NCBI GenBank assembly: GCA_021731085.1
Contig: JAKFYB010000001.1
Coordinates: 101,266-165,265, forward strand
Reading direction: 5' to 3'
DNA: 64,000 bases
Origin: Dehalococcoidia bacterium
GTDB lineage: Bacteria > Chloroflexota > Dehalococcoidia > DSTF01 > JACRBR01
In this document: one piece after another, positions 9,121-18,847 of the stretch
How the letters are laid out: each line of letters starts with the position of its first letter
Position numbering within the stretch: the stretch's first letter is position 1
Position numbers and translations under genes: made by a program
Notes under the pieces: model-generated
Databases searched by the model: none
What the model saw: the letters and a program-made list of their open reading frames with translations, nothing else
What the model was told of the DNA's origin: nothing

Positions 9121-11091
9121 ATGTCCTTGCCACTCGCGCTCGTCGCGGTCGCAGCGCTTTTGGCCCCGCTGTTCCTCGCCGCACCGTCGCATCTCACATC
9201 CGACGAATCGCTGTATCTGGCCGAGGCGTACAACCTCGCCGAGGGCCACGGCCTGACGTATCCCTCGGGCGAGGCAATCGTCCATCGTGCGCCGCTGTAC
9301 CCAGCCTTGCTGGCGCCAGCCGTGGCGCTTGGCGGTCCTGATGCTGCATATGGCGTCGCGAAGCTAGTTATCGCGATCAACACTGTGCTCGTGATGGCAC
9401 TGGCGTGGCGGCTCGGCGGACAAGTTGCGGGCTGGGCTGCTGGCCTCGCGGCAGCAGCATCCGCATATCTCTCGGAACTTGGCACGACGCTCTATCTCGA
9501 TCCCATGCAGTGCACGTTCTTGCTCCTGAGCTTGATCGCGCTCCATTCCGCCGTCGAGAAGCGTCGCGCGCATTGGTGGGCCGCCGCGGGATTGTCGGCT
9601 GGGCTCGCCTTCCTGGTAAAAGAATCCGCGATCCAGTGGGCACCGCTCGCCGTCGTCGTCGTGCTAACGTTGCCCTCACAACGCGACCGTATCGGTGTGC
9701 GAGGAGCTGCAATATTCACCGCTGTCTTCGTCGCGGCGATCGCGCCGTGGTGGGTGTGGGTGTATGGCCATACCGGCGATCTGTTTCTGCTCGGCGATCC
9801 GCAGCGAGTCGCCATCGAAGCCATCGCGGCGCTGGCGCTTGCACTTGGAGCTGCCTTTGTCCTGCGACGAAAGACGCTGCCCGTATCGTGGGCGATGCCT
9901 GCAGCGACCGTGATTGTCGCCGGCTGGGGCGTATTCCTCCTGTACGGACTGACCGTGTTCTCCAGCTATCCGGCTCCGAATGACTACCTCACGTCAATCC
10001 CGCGCTACCTCCTGCAGGTCGCCCCGCAGGTGCAGCCATACTTTCCGATCGTGGCCGCATGGGCATGGGTATCGTGGCGTGCGGCCCAGGGCGACGAGCG
10101 TGCGAGGCTGCTCGTCGTCGCGGCGGCGTTGTTCGTGCCTTTTGCACTGTTCGCCGCGAACCGCTGGCTGCAGTTGCGTGATGCGCTTCCGCTCGTGTAC
10201 CTGTCCTACGTCGCGCTCGGCCTCGCTGCGGCGCAGTTGTGGAACAGCGTGCGCTCCCGCGTGGAAGGAACCAACGCGCTCCCTATCGTTCTCGCAGCAA
10301 CCGGCATCGCGACTGTGGCGTTCGTCACCCACGAAGCAATGGTCTTCGACCGCACCACGGACCGTGAGGCGATCGCGCGCGATCAGGCCGGATCATGGGA
10401 CAGTCCGTACACCCGCGAAGTGGCCGCTTGGATGACGGCGAATATTCCCGCGGGGTCGGAGGTCATGACGAGTCGCCAGTACTTCTCTAGCTTGCACGTC
10501 GAGACAGAGGCCCGGTTCGAGGTCCGGCAACTGCCCACCGTGCGCGTTGCTTTCGATCCGAACTCCGATGCATTCGCGCAGGCGCGGTCGAATCTCTTCC
10601 GCTGGGAAGACGACGAGCTTCGCGAGACGCAGCCAGGTGATACGTGGCTGCATCTGCAGCAGTTTCCGAACAAGGGCTATTGGGTCGGCCTGAGCGAAAA
10701 GGAATTGTTGGCCTTCATCGCCGCGAACAACATCGAGTATGTCGTGCTCACCGGCGATGACATCGCCTTCAGTTCGTCCGCATACGCCTGGTACTTCACA
10801 GCCAACCCGGCGTTTGCGTTGTTGGGAACGGTGGAGGGCACTGGCGGCGATCGCATGTTCGCGTACGCAGTCGATCGCACACGGTTAACGTCGCTCTCAC
10901 ACTCAACGTCGATACACCCGCGCAGCATGAGCGAACTGCAGAGCCTGCTCGGCCTCGATGTGAGCGAGATCTCAGGCGCCCTCGCCACTCCACTTCACGT
11001 CACCGATGAGGATGGTGGCTTGAGCCAACGAGAGCTCGAGGCCGCGCTCGCGGGTACGGATCTCGGCATGAAGGACGAGACAGCGCCATGA
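9121..11091 (+). CDS. GT-C membrane glycosyltransferase (PMT_2/ArnT-like) with C-terminal soluble domain
   Basis: First loop carries TSDESLYLAEAYNLAEGHG (DE motif) and HRAPLYPALL (PPL-like motif). Multiple TM helices. Start chosen at MSLPLALVAV; the ORF track begins at 8968. Confidence 0.6.
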   Translation: MSLPLALVAVAALLAPLFLAAPSHLTSDESLYLAEAYNLAEGHGLTYPSGEAIVHRAPLYPALLAPAVALGGPDAAYGVAKLVIAINTVLVMALAWRLGGQVAGWAAGLAAAASAYLSELGTTLYLDPMQCTFLLLSLIALHSAVEKRRAHWWAAAGLSAGLAFLVKESAIQWAPLAVVVVLTLPSQRDRIGVRGAAIFTAVFVAAIAPWWVWVYGHTGDLFLLGDPQRVAIEAIAALALALGAAFVLRRKTLPVSWAMPAATVIVAGWGVFLLYGLTVFSSYPAPNDYLTSIPRYLLQVAPQVQPYFPIVAAWAWVSWRAAQGDERARLLVVAAALFVPFALFAANRWLQLRDALPLVYLSYVALGLAAAQLWNSVRSRVEGTNALPIVLAATGIATVAFVTHEAMVFDRTTDREAIARDQAGSWDSPYTREVAAWMTANIPAGSEVMTSRQYFSSLHVETEARFEVRQLPTVRVAFDPNSDAFAQARSNLFRWEDDELRETQPGDTWLHLQQFPNKGYWVGLSEKELLAFIAANNIEYVVLTGDDIAFSSSAYAWYFTANPAFALLGTVEGTGGDRMFAYAVDRTRLTSLSHSTSIHPRSMSELQSLLGLDVSEISGALATPLHVTDEDGGLSQRELEAALAGTDLGMKDETAP

Positions 11092-11191
11092 GCATTACGT
11101 GCAGACTGACGGCCACAACAGGGATTTCACCCACGTCGATCGATGAGGGAACTGCCGATATGTTCCAGAACAGACGGAAGGGAGTCCGCGC

Positions 11192-12226
11192 GTGAAACTG
11201 ATTGTCACTATCCCCGCGCTTAACGAAGAGCCGACGATCGCCGGCGTCATCCGCGAGATCCCCCGCCGGATACCCGGGTTCGATTCCGTCGAAGTGCTCG
11301 TCATCGACGACGGCTCGACGGACGCGACGGTGCAGCAGGCATTGCGGGCAGGCGCGGACTACGTCGTCTCAAACCGCGTCACGCGTGGCCTGGCGACCAG
11401 TTTCAAGACGGCCTTGCAGGAAGCGCTCGCGCGGGGCGCTGACATCATCGTCAACACCGACGCCGACAACCACTACGACCAGTCGCGCATTCCCGAACTC
11501 GTCGCACCGCTGCTCACCAACGAGGCCGATATAACCATCGGTAGCCGCCTCATCGACGAATTGCCGATGAAGGCCGCCAACAAGTACGGCAACAAGGTTG
11601 CAAACTACATCATGCAGCACGCGCTCGGTATCCCGGGCGTCGATGTGTCCACCGGCTTCCGTGGCTACACAGCTGAAGCGGCGATGAAGCTCAACGTCCT
11701 CTCGGACCACACGTATACACACGAGACGCTGATCAATGCGCTCGACCAGCGCATGAGGATCGTCAACGTGCCCATCGCGGCTCGCCATGTCGAGCGCCCC
11801 TCGCGCTTGATCAAGAGCATCGCCAGCCATGTGGTGCGCGCCGGCGGCGTCATCCTGCGAAGTTTCCTGCTGTACAGGCCGATGCAGGTCTACGGCACGC
11901 TCGGCGCACTGTTCTTGCTTGCGGGCGCGATTCCCTTTGCGCGCTTCGCAGTGCTCGTTGCGATCGGACAGAGCGAAGGCCACGTACAGTCGCTCGTCGT
12001 CGGCACCGCGCTGACGTTCTTCGGCGGTCAGATGATCATTACAGGCATGCTTGCCACGGCCATCTCGTGGAATCGTCGCATGATCGAGGACGTCCTCTTC
12101 CGCATGAAGTCGGAACCAATCAGCACAACGCGCGAGCGACCACGCCTGCGCATCGTACGGACACCAGGTGACGAAGAGTATGGGAGCACAACAGCAAATG
12201 GCAGCACCTCACGCAATGCCGCATAG
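11192..12226 (+). CDS. GT2 polyprenol-phosphate sugar synthase (DPM1/GtrB-like) with C-terminal TM anchor
   Basis: KLIVTIPALNEE...VLVIDDGSTD GT2 signature, DxD region, and two C-terminal TM helices. Confidence 0.8.
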   Translation: MKLIVTIPALNEEPTIAGVIREIPRRIPGFDSVEVLVIDDGSTDATVQQALRAGADYVVSNRVTRGLATSFKTALQEALARGADIIVNTDADNHYDQSRIPELVAPLLTNEADITIGSRLIDELPMKAANKYGNKVANYIMQHALGIPGVDVSTGFRGYTAEAAMKLNVLSDHTYTHETLINALDQRMRIVNVPIAARHVERPSRLIKSIASHVVRAGGVILRSFLLYRPMQVYGTLGALFLLAGAIPFARFAVLVAIGQSEGHVQSLVVGTALTFFGGQMIITGMLATAISWNRRMIEDVLFRMKSEPISTTRERPRLRIVRTPGDEEYGSTTANGSTSRNAA

Positions 12227-13076
12227 GACAGCAGCACCAATCGGTATCATCGGGGCGGGCGTCGTTGGCGGCGCCCTCCAGTCGTATCTGGAGGCGCGAG
12301 GCGCTGATGTGCGTCTCTACGACCCCCCGAAGGGCCACGCGTCGATGAGCGCGCTCAATGACGCCGAGATCGTCTTCGTCTGCGTCCCGACGCCGTATGC
12401 CCCGGGCCGGGGATTCGATGATTCGCATTTGCTATCTGCAGTATCGACTTTGGACGGCGGACGCGTCGTCATCATTAAGTCCACCGTGCTCCCGGGTACC
12501 ACACAGATGCTGCAGGAGCGAATGCCGCAGCACCGTTTCCTCTTCAACCCGGAGTTCCTGCGGGAAGCGACAGCCTACGACGACTTCATCAATCCCGACC
12601 GCCAGATCGTCGGCTGCACGTATGCAAGTCTCGGTGATGCTCATCGCATCATGGAGATACTGCCCCGCGCGCCGTTCGAGCGCATCTGCCCATCCAGCGA
12701 CGCCGAAATGGCGAAATACGTCGCGAATGCATTTCTTGCCGTGAAGGTCAGCTATGCCAACGAGGTGTACGACCTCTGCGACCGGCTGCACATCGATTAC
12801 GACTCCGTGAAGGACATCGTGGCCGCGGACGAACGCATCGGCGAGTCCCACATGAACGTGCTCGACAGTGGCTATCGGGGCTACGGCGGCAAGTGCCTAC
12901 CGAAGGACAGCAAGGCATTGCTCGATCTCGCCCGCACGCTCGGCGTCGACCTCCGCGTGCTCCGCGCAGCAGATCGCGCAAATGCGTTGTTGGTCGGCGA
13001 AGAACTCGGTGCCCGCATCACGCCGATCAAGCCCATGGCGATCGCGAAGGTCGAGGCCGAAGAGGTCGCCGCGTAA
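12198..13076 (+). CDS. UDP-glucose/GDP-mannose dehydrogenase family protein (short form)
   Basis: N-terminal GIIGAGVVGG Rossmann motif and the catalytic-Cys motif GGKCLPKD. The start overlaps the upstream gene and is uncertain (12168, 12198 or 12216). Confidence 0.6.
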   Translation: MAAPHAMPHRTAAPIGIIGAGVVGGALQSYLEARGADVRLYDPPKGHASMSALNDAEIVFVCVPTPYAPGRGFDDSHLLSAVSTLDGGRVVIIKSTVLPGTTQMLQERMPQHRFLFNPEFLREATAYDDFINPDRQIVGCTYASLGDAHRIMEILPRAPFERICPSSDAEMAKYVANAFLAVKVSYANEVYDLCDRLHIDYDSVKDIVAADERIGESHMNVLDSGYRGYGGKCLPKDSKALLDLARTLGVDLRVLRAADRANALLVGEELGARITPIKPMAIAKVEAEEVAA

Positions 13077-13110
13077 GCACGGAACGCCCTCGGACTCGAT
13101 ATTAGACAAC

Positions 13111-13150
13111 GGAGCGCGGGCCCGCCCATGGCGGCTTTCAGCCCGCGTGT
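13111..13150. repeat. REP-like GC hairpin, divergent copy (GCGGGCCCGC ... GGCGGCTTTCAGCCCGCGTGTTC)
   Basis: Shares CTTTCAGCCCGCGTGTTC with the copy at 18774, and lies ~40 bp after the stop of the dehydrogenase-like gene. Confidence 0.5.
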
Positions 13151-13243
13151 TCGCGATGGCTCCGACCGTGCGCACTTGCGCCAAGTACAGCGACGACCGT
13201 CCGCTATTCTGAGTTCGAGATCTGAATCGAGGAGGAACCACGC

Positions 13244-13720
13244 ATGGCGGCGCCGTTTGGACATGGGTTCGTGGGGATGGCGCTCGCGCGGCGCATGGGT
13301 GTGAAGTCACCTCTCGGACTGGCGGCGGCCTTCTTCGCAGCGAGCATCCCTGATGTGGATGTCCCGATCGGCGCGATCATCGGCAAGGACATCCACCGGC
13401 AGGGCACGCACACGCCGAACTTCGCGTTGACGGCAGGCATGCTTGCTGGCATGACGGGCGTGCTCGCGGCCGAGAGCGTTGAAGGCGAACGTGACCTCAT
13501 CCTCGACGCGATGACGGGCGCCGTGATCGTCGGATCCCACCTGGTGCTGGACAAGGCGCCGTACTTCCCGGACATCCCCTTCGGCCCGAAGCTGATAGGT
13601 ATGCCGGTGGCGAACTGGGTCGTGGATGCCATCCAGTGGGGCATCGTTGCCTACTTGATCTGGCCCAAGGGCGAAGTTGATGCGCTCGGTGAACCTACGC
13701 CGGAGCATGTCGTCGCCTAG
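13244..13720 (+). CDS. Membrane-bound metal-dependent hydrolase (YdjM/DUF457-like)
   Basis: Small polytopic protein with conserved His/Asp positions as in the YdjM family. Confidence 0.45.
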   Translation: MAAPFGHGFVGMALARRMGVKSPLGLAAAFFAASIPDVDVPIGAIIGKDIHRQGTHTPNFALTAGMLAGMTGVLAAESVEGERDLILDAMTGAVIVGSHLVLDKAPYFPDIPFGPKLIGMPVANWVVDAIQWGIVAYLIWPKGEVDALGEPTPEHVVA

Positions 13721-13901
13721 CCCCAAACTTGACATCCTGGCCCTGCCCCGAAGCCGCTAATCGAACCTGAGAGCGGCTTTTTCGTGTGCCCAACTGCGAA
13801 GTTGACACGCTCGCGTGTGATTGGCGTTTGGATCAGCACGCAAGGAATGCGGCCTGCCACCGGCGGTCCCGCCGGAACCAACCCCGTAAGGCAGTCCAAA
13901 G

Positions 13902-14504
13902 ATGCACCGTATTTCCGCGCCACTGCGCGGCCGCGTGATCGCGCTGGCCGTTTCGATCTCCATCGTAATCACCGCTGCTGGCTGTGGCTCGATCGGGTTC
14001 AACCAGGCGCCAGCGAATGGGTATGTTTGGGGCTCGCAACAGCCGTTGCGCATTGCCGTCATCAACCAAGCCGGGCCGGAGTGGTCTTCGTCGCTACAGT
14101 CGTCTCTGCGGCAGTACGAGGAGGGTGCTGGCGGAAACCTGCAATTCCAGAACACGCCCGACGGCGCGAATATCGTCATCACGGTGAAGACATACACCGA
14201 CACAGCACCGCCGGACCTCGAAGGCTACGACTTTCCGCAGGGCGCAGGTGGCTTCGCGACTGTGTACGACGCGCAGGGTCTCGCGTGCAACTACCCACCG
14301 TCGACGCTGCCGCTCAACTGTTCCGGCGAGATCACCCGCACGGAGATTTGGCTGAACCTCGCTATCCCCGCGGGAAGTGACATAGAAGCGCGGCGCGGCC
14401 GACTGCTGCTCCACGAACTCGGGCACGCGATGGGGCTGACACGCCACGCGCCGACGCTCGACATCGGCATGCTCGAACAACGTTACGGCTGGGAGCACCA
14501 GTAG
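13902..14504 (+). CDS. Small secreted metzincin-like zinc metalloprotease
   Basis: Signal peptide plus the HELGHAMGLTRH motif (HExxHxxGxxH). Confidence 0.6.
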   Translation: MHRISAPLRGRVIALAVSISIVITAAGCGSIGFNQAPANGYVWGSQQPLRIAVINQAGPEWSSSLQSSLRQYEEGAGGNLQFQNTPDGANIVITVKTYTDTAPPDLEGYDFPQGAGGFATVYDAQGLACNYPPSTLPLNCSGEITRTEIWLNLAIPAGSDIEARRGRLLLHELGHAMGLTRHAPTLDIGMLEQRYGWEHQ

Positions 14505-15191
14505 TCAGGTGCGCTTCTCGCCGTAGCGGTTCCAGTGCGTCACCTGTTCGGCAGGACGGCGCGGCGCTATGCCGAACTTCCCCTTCGGCCGGCCCATCGG
14601 CACGAGCGCCACGATCTCGAACGACTCCGGCACGCCGAGGATCTCGCGCACCTCGTCTTCATGCACGCGGTAGACCGTCGTGAATGCGGTGCCGATACCC
14701 AGCGCGCGGGCGGCCAGAATGAAGTTCTGCACCGCGGGAAAGACGGACGCGTGCGTCGTCCCGATAAAGATCGGCCCCTGTTCGTCGCGCATCGTCAGGT
14801 CGATCTTCGGCATCAAGAACGCGACCATCGCTGGCGCTTCGCCGATCGTGTCGGCGAGATACCGTGATGCACGTTTCATCCTGTCGCGATGCTCGGCATC
14901 CTTCTCGTTGCGCGGCAGTGGCGCGATCTTGTTGTACGTGTTCTCAAAGCGGTGGTACGACTTCCCGTACACCTCGCCGACCGCGCGCTTGGTGCCCGGG
15001 TCGGTGATGACGAGAAACTGCCACGGTTGGATATTGCCGTTGTTTGGCGCTTGCACAGCTGCGCGCAGGCATGTCGCGATCTCTTCGTCCGTGACAGGCT
15101 CGTCGGTGTACCGGCGGATTGCCCGCGTCGTCATGATGGCGTCGAGTAGCGCTTGGTCGTTAGTCGTTGAGCGTTGGGGATCGTCAGACAT
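14505..15191 (-). CDS. Nitroreductase family protein
   Basis: RAIRRYTDEPVTDEEI N-terminal motif and nitroreductase-like length. Confidence 0.75.
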   Translation of the reverse strand: MSDDPQRSTTNDQALLDAIMTTRAIRRYTDEPVTDEEIATCLRAAVQAPNNGNIQPWQFLVITDPGTKRAVGEVYGKSYHRFENTYNKIAPLPRNEKDAEHRDRMKRASRYLADTIGEAPAMVAFLMPKIDLTMRDEQGPIFIGTTHASVFPAVQNFILAARALGIGTAFTTVYRVHEDEVREILGVPESFEIVALVPMGRPKGKFGIAPRRPAEQVTHWNRYGEKRT

Positions 15192-15255
15192 GGACGTACT
15201 CCTTCGGCATGCATTCGTCGCCCAACGACCAGGCCCAACGACTAGCGACCACCGG

Positions 15256-16443
15256 CTAGACCATCGGTGTCCCAGGATCGAGGCCGAGCATCACGCGCCC
15301 CGCCAGCTCGTAGTTCGGCAGGGCATGCATGATGTGTTGCGTCGCGGCGTGCGCGTCGCGTAGGCAGCGCTGCAGCACGCTCTTCTCGTACAGCGATGTG
15401 CCGCCGCCGAGCGTGTAGGCGATGTCAGTCGCGCGAGCGCCCTCGAACGCGGCGTGTGCGCACGCCATCCGCAGCATCGCGCGATCATGCATCGTAATCT
15501 CGACGTCGCGCACGGCCTTGTCCCACAGTTCGTCCGTAAGCTCAAACAACCAAGCACGTGCCGACCGCAGGATGGCCTCCGCCTTCGCGATCTCGACCTG
15601 CGTGATCGCCTTGTCACGAAGCTTGTTGAACGAGCCCATCGGCGTCTTCGCAGAAGCCAGCGCAACCAGCTCGTCGATCGCCCGTCGCGCGATGCCCAAC
15701 GGGATCGGCGCGATTGTCAGTGCGAGGAAGCCCAGCGTCGGGAAACGATAGTTCGGGCCGTCGACGACAGCGTTGCCGCCGTACATCTTCAGCATCCGGC
15801 CCTCGGGCACGAAGACGTCCTTCACTTCGACGTCGCGGCTGCCAGTTCCACGCAGGCCTGAGACGTGCCATGTGTCGATGATCTCGACATCCTCGACTGG
15901 AAAGACCGCTGTGCGAAAGTCCGGCATGCCGTTATTGAGCGCAGGTGAGTCGCCATCCATGACGAACGTGCCGCCGACGATGATCGAACAGTGCGTGCTG
16001 CCGCTCCCGAACGGCCACCGTCCGCTGACGCGATAGCCACCTTCGACCGGCGTCGCGCGTCCGTTCGGCGCCTGTGCGCCGCCTGATACGGCGCGTGCCG
16101 TATACATCGAGCGCGCGATGTCCTCCGGCAAGAACGCCGACACAACGGCCGTACCGTTGCCGATGCCTACCACCCAGCCGACCGATGCATCGTGGATCGA
16201 GAGTTCCTCGAGTACGCGGACCAGGTTCGGGATGGCGTCTTCGAGGCCGCCGTACACCTTGGGCGTGAAGAGATCGAACATGCGGTGCTGGTGCAGGATG
16301 TCGACGAGCGCTGGCGGGCACTGGCGCGTCTGCTCGGCTTCGTCCGCGTACTGGCGAATCGTCGGGCCGAGTTCGCGTGCTGTTGCAAGCATGTCGGTCG
16401 TCGTGGGTTGGGAAGCTGTCGCAGTCATTGTCGGCTCTCGCAT
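15256..16443 (-). CDS. Acyl-CoA dehydrogenase family protein (type-2, flavin-dependent monooxygenase-like)
   Basis: ACAD fold signatures across the 395-aa length. Confidence 0.65.
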   Translation of the reverse strand: MREPTMTATASQPTTTDMLATARELGPTIRQYADEAEQTRQCPPALVDILHQHRMFDLFTPKVYGGLEDAIPNLVRVLEELSIHDASVGWVVGIGNGTAVVSAFLPEDIARSMYTARAVSGGAQAPNGRATPVEGGYRVSGRWPFGSGSTHCSIIVGGTFVMDGDSPALNNGMPDFRTAVFPVEDVEIIDTWHVSGLRGTGSRDVEVKDVFVPEGRMLKMYGGNAVVDGPNYRFPTLGFLALTIAPIPLGIARRAIDELVALASAKTPMGSFNKLRDKAITQVEIAKAEAILRSARAWLFELTDELWDKAVRDVEITMHDRAMLRMACAHAAFEGARATDIAYTLGGGTSLYEKSVLQRCLRDAHAATQHIMHALPNYELAGRVMLGLDPGTPMV

Positions 16444-16562
16444 GCTGTTGGATGTGCTGTGCCGCGAGTATATCGCCGCGAGGCGCCAACTGGCCTGCGC
16501 TCAAGCCTGAGAAACGGATTAAAAGCGCTGCTGTGTAGGGGCGGACGCCGTTCCGTTCTCCA

Positions 16563-17672
16563 TTAGTCGACCGTGATCTTGTGGACTTTGCCGTCGAGCC
16601 CGAGCCAGTACAGAACGCCGTCCGGGCCGACGTCCAGGTCCACCGGTTGGGATAGTCCTGACATGAAGGGCACAGCGGCATACGTAGGAGCATCGAGGCG
16701 CATGATGAATCCACCATACGCGTCCGCGAAGAAGTAGTCTCCATCGAACTCGCTGGGGAAATTGTCGGCCCGGTAGAACACGGCGCCGGTTATCGCGCGT
16801 CCGGCGCTATGGTCGTACTGGTGAATCGGATCGATGCGGAATCCGTTGCAAGCTCCTTCGCAGCCGGGCCACCCGTAGTTACCGCCCTTGAAGACGAGAT
16901 TGACCTCTTCCCAATCGCTGTTTCCAACGTCATTCACGAACAACGCGCCATTCGGAGGATCAAAAGCGAAACTGAAGGGGTTTCGAAGCCCCATCGCCCA
17001 TATGCTGCGGTACTTTCCCGTCGCGAACAGGCTGAACGGATTGTCCTCGGGGACGGTCCCATCGGGGTTGACGCGCAGGATTTTCCCGTGAGTGCTCGTT
17101 AATGACTGGGCAGTGGCAGCGTCAGTGGTGTCGCCGGCTCCGATGTACAGCATCCCATCCCGGCCGAACTTGATCTCACCACCGTTGTGCTGGAGCGTTG
17201 AGCCGAGATTGCCGTCGAGCTCGAACACGACGGTTTCGCTGCCGGGGATCGACACGTCGCCGTCCGCGGTCAGGCGACTGACGCGTCCATGCGGCGGGGT
17301 GCCGGGGACGGTGTAGTGGACGTAGACGTAGGGGCTGGTGGGAAATGCTGGATCGAGCGTGATTCCGATCAGCCCTGCCTCCTGAGACGAACTCTCGACG
17401 GTCAGCACGGCAAACGGATTCGGGAGACTCTTCCCATCCTTGACCACGCTGATGATGCCGGGACGATGCGCGATGAAGATGCGACCGTCGCTGGCGACCA
17501 CGAAGGAGGAGGTAGGCACGCCCGTGTCGACGATCTCACTACTGGTGAAGCTGGCCGAGGGGCAATCCTGCCCCTCGCGATCGACGCAGTTGTCGGCGCC
17601 GTCGCCAGAGCCGTCGCCGGAACCTAGTCCGCAGCTCACGAGGAGAGGCAGGAACACCACAAGCAGCAACAT
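16563..17672 (-). CDS. PQQ-dependent soluble sugar (glucose/sorbosone) dehydrogenase, lipoprotein
   Basis: Lipobox LLVSCGL plus the GLRNPFSFAFDP and GGNYGWP beta-propeller motifs. Confidence 0.75.
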   Translation of the reverse strand: MLLLVVFLPLLVSCGLGSGDGSGDGADNCVDREGQDCPSASFTSSEIVDTGVPTSSFVVASDGRIFIAHRPGIISVVKDGKSLPNPFAVLTVESSSQEAGLIGITLDPAFPTSPYVYVHYTVPGTPPHGRVSRLTADGDVSIPGSETVVFELDGNLGSTLQHNGGEIKFGRDGMLYIGAGDTTDAATAQSLTSTHGKILRVNPDGTVPEDNPFSLFATGKYRSIWAMGLRNPFSFAFDPPNGALFVNDVGNSDWEEVNLVFKGGNYGWPGCEGACNGFRIDPIHQYDHSAGRAITGAVFYRADNFPSEFDGDYFFADAYGGFIMRLDAPTYAAVPFMSGLSQPVDLDVGPDGVLYWLGLDGKVHKITVD

Positions 17673-17833
17673 CGCTACTTTGTTAATTCAGCACCTCGCT
17701 TCGTGACTTGCCTGCTCGCGTGACGCCCGTAGCGGCTTCCGCGGCATCTTAGCATCGTCCGGTGCAAACACAGGAGCGTCGGCCGCCAGAGTGTGCGGCC
17801 GGCGCCCGCTGTGCCACGGGAATCCATCCAGTT

Positions 17834-18721
17834 CTACGGCCGGACGCCGATGAGCTTCGCGACCTTGATCGCGTTGAACAGCGCGAGGGCGACGTACCAC
17901 TTCACGCGGGTGCGCGTAGCGTCCTTCGTCTCGAGGCTGCCGATCGTCTCGACCTGCAGGCCGCCGGGGGACGTCAAGCCGGCGACCGCGCCTTCGCCGA
18001 TCTGCAGCGCGTAGATGGTCGAGCAGTCGCTGCTGCTGCCGACGGTCTTCGCATCGCCGATGTAGTCGCTGATGGCGACGGGGATGCCGTCGTAGAACTG
18101 CACCATCTGGCCGAAGTCGTTGCGGTCGGCCTGCAGCAGGCTGCCCGTCGCGCGGGCGAGCGTGTTCAGCGAGCGTCGGGTGCGCTTGCTCATGAGGAGC
18201 ATGGCCGGCGGGCCGCCCTTCACTGCGTCCACCAACTCATCGAGCTTGGCGAGCGTGAGCGACGCGCCGTTTGCGCCCAGCGTCAGCGACTGGCCGCCGA
18301 CGGTGAGCTTATCGATGCCGTCGAAGGACTTCGTGTCGACGGCTGAGTCGCCGTTGAGGAACGTGTCCTCGAACTTCTGCTGCACGGCCTTCGCGCGGAG
18401 GCGAATGACGGCCGCCTGCAGGTCCTGCACGTTATTGCGCGTCGTCAGCAGGTAGTTGTCGATGTCGGCGTCGCCGCCAATGATCTTGAGCGGCGTCGTG
18501 ATCTGCGTGAACGTCGGCGTGCCCTCCGTCCATGTGTCGCCGACGTCGAAGAACGTTGCGGCGGGGTTCACGTTCTCGCGGTTGTAGGTGAGGCCGTTGC
18601 CGGTGATCTCGACGAAGGGCAGCATCTGGAGGATGGGCGACTCCTGCACGATCGTCTCGATGACGCCCTGGAGGATGATGTCGTTCGAGAGCTTCGCGCC
18701 CTCGGCCAGTGTGAGTGCCAA
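17834..18721 (-). CDS. HK97-family phage major capsid protein-like (no delta domain), TTG start
   Basis: Matches the Phage_capsid pattern: N-terminal VIETIVQESPILQMLPFVEITGNGLTY, FLNGDSAVDTKSFDGI (LNGDG motif), YDGIPVAISDYIGD (LLGRPV-like) and a C-terminal AIKVAKL. AAGGA RBS 8 nt upstream of the TTG. Confidence 0.65.
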   Translation of the reverse strand: MALTLAEGAKLSNDIILQGVIETIVQESPILQMLPFVEITGNGLTYNRENVNPAATFFDVGDTWTEGTPTFTQITTPLKIIGGDADIDNYLLTTRNNVQDLQAAVIRLRAKAVQQKFEDTFLNGDSAVDTKSFDGIDKLTVGGQSLTLGANGASLTLAKLDELVDAVKGGPPAMLLMSKRTRRSLNTLARATGSLLQADRNDFGQMVQFYDGIPVAISDYIGDAKTVGSSSDCSTIYALQIGEGAVAGLTSPGGLQVETIGSLETKDATRTRVKWYVALALFNAIKVAKLIGVRP

Positions 18722-18735
18722 TGTTGGTATCCTTG

Positions 18736-18759
18736 TGATCGGTGATCGGTGATCGGTGC
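18736..18759. repeat. Heptanucleotide tandem repeat (GTGATCG x3) in the capsid gene 5' UTR
   Basis: gtgatcggtgatcggtgatcggtg, 15 nt upstream of the capsid TTG start. Confidence 0.6.
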
Positions 18760-18773
18760 TCGTGAGCCACGTA

Positions 18774-18800
18774 GCGCGGGCTTTTCAGCCCGCGTGTTCA
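18774..18800. repeat. REP-like GC hairpin (AGCGCGGGCTTTTCAGCCCGCGTGTTC)
   Basis: 8-bp stem CGCGGGCT/AGCCCGCG with a TTTC loop, between the scaffold-like and capsid-like genes. Confidence 0.65.
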
Positions 18801-18847
18801 TCACACGCGACCAGGTTCTTGATTCTCGGTTCTCCTTCCTCGCCGGC

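Noticed and set aside
15256-16443. Calling this gene a bona fide fatty acyl-CoA dehydrogenase
   Set aside because: Sequence alone does not separate ACADs from ACAD-fold flavin monooxygenases (DszC/HpaH-like). It is left as a family-level call.
17834-18721. Family-1 encapsulin (Linocin M18-like) shell protein
   Set aside because: The sequence follows phage HK97-type capsid motifs (LNGDG-type motif, LLGRPV-like, C-terminal AxKVxK) rather than what I recall of family-1 encapsulins (e.g. Thermotoga maritima). A novel encapsulin-like family cannot be excluded and is raised in the findings.
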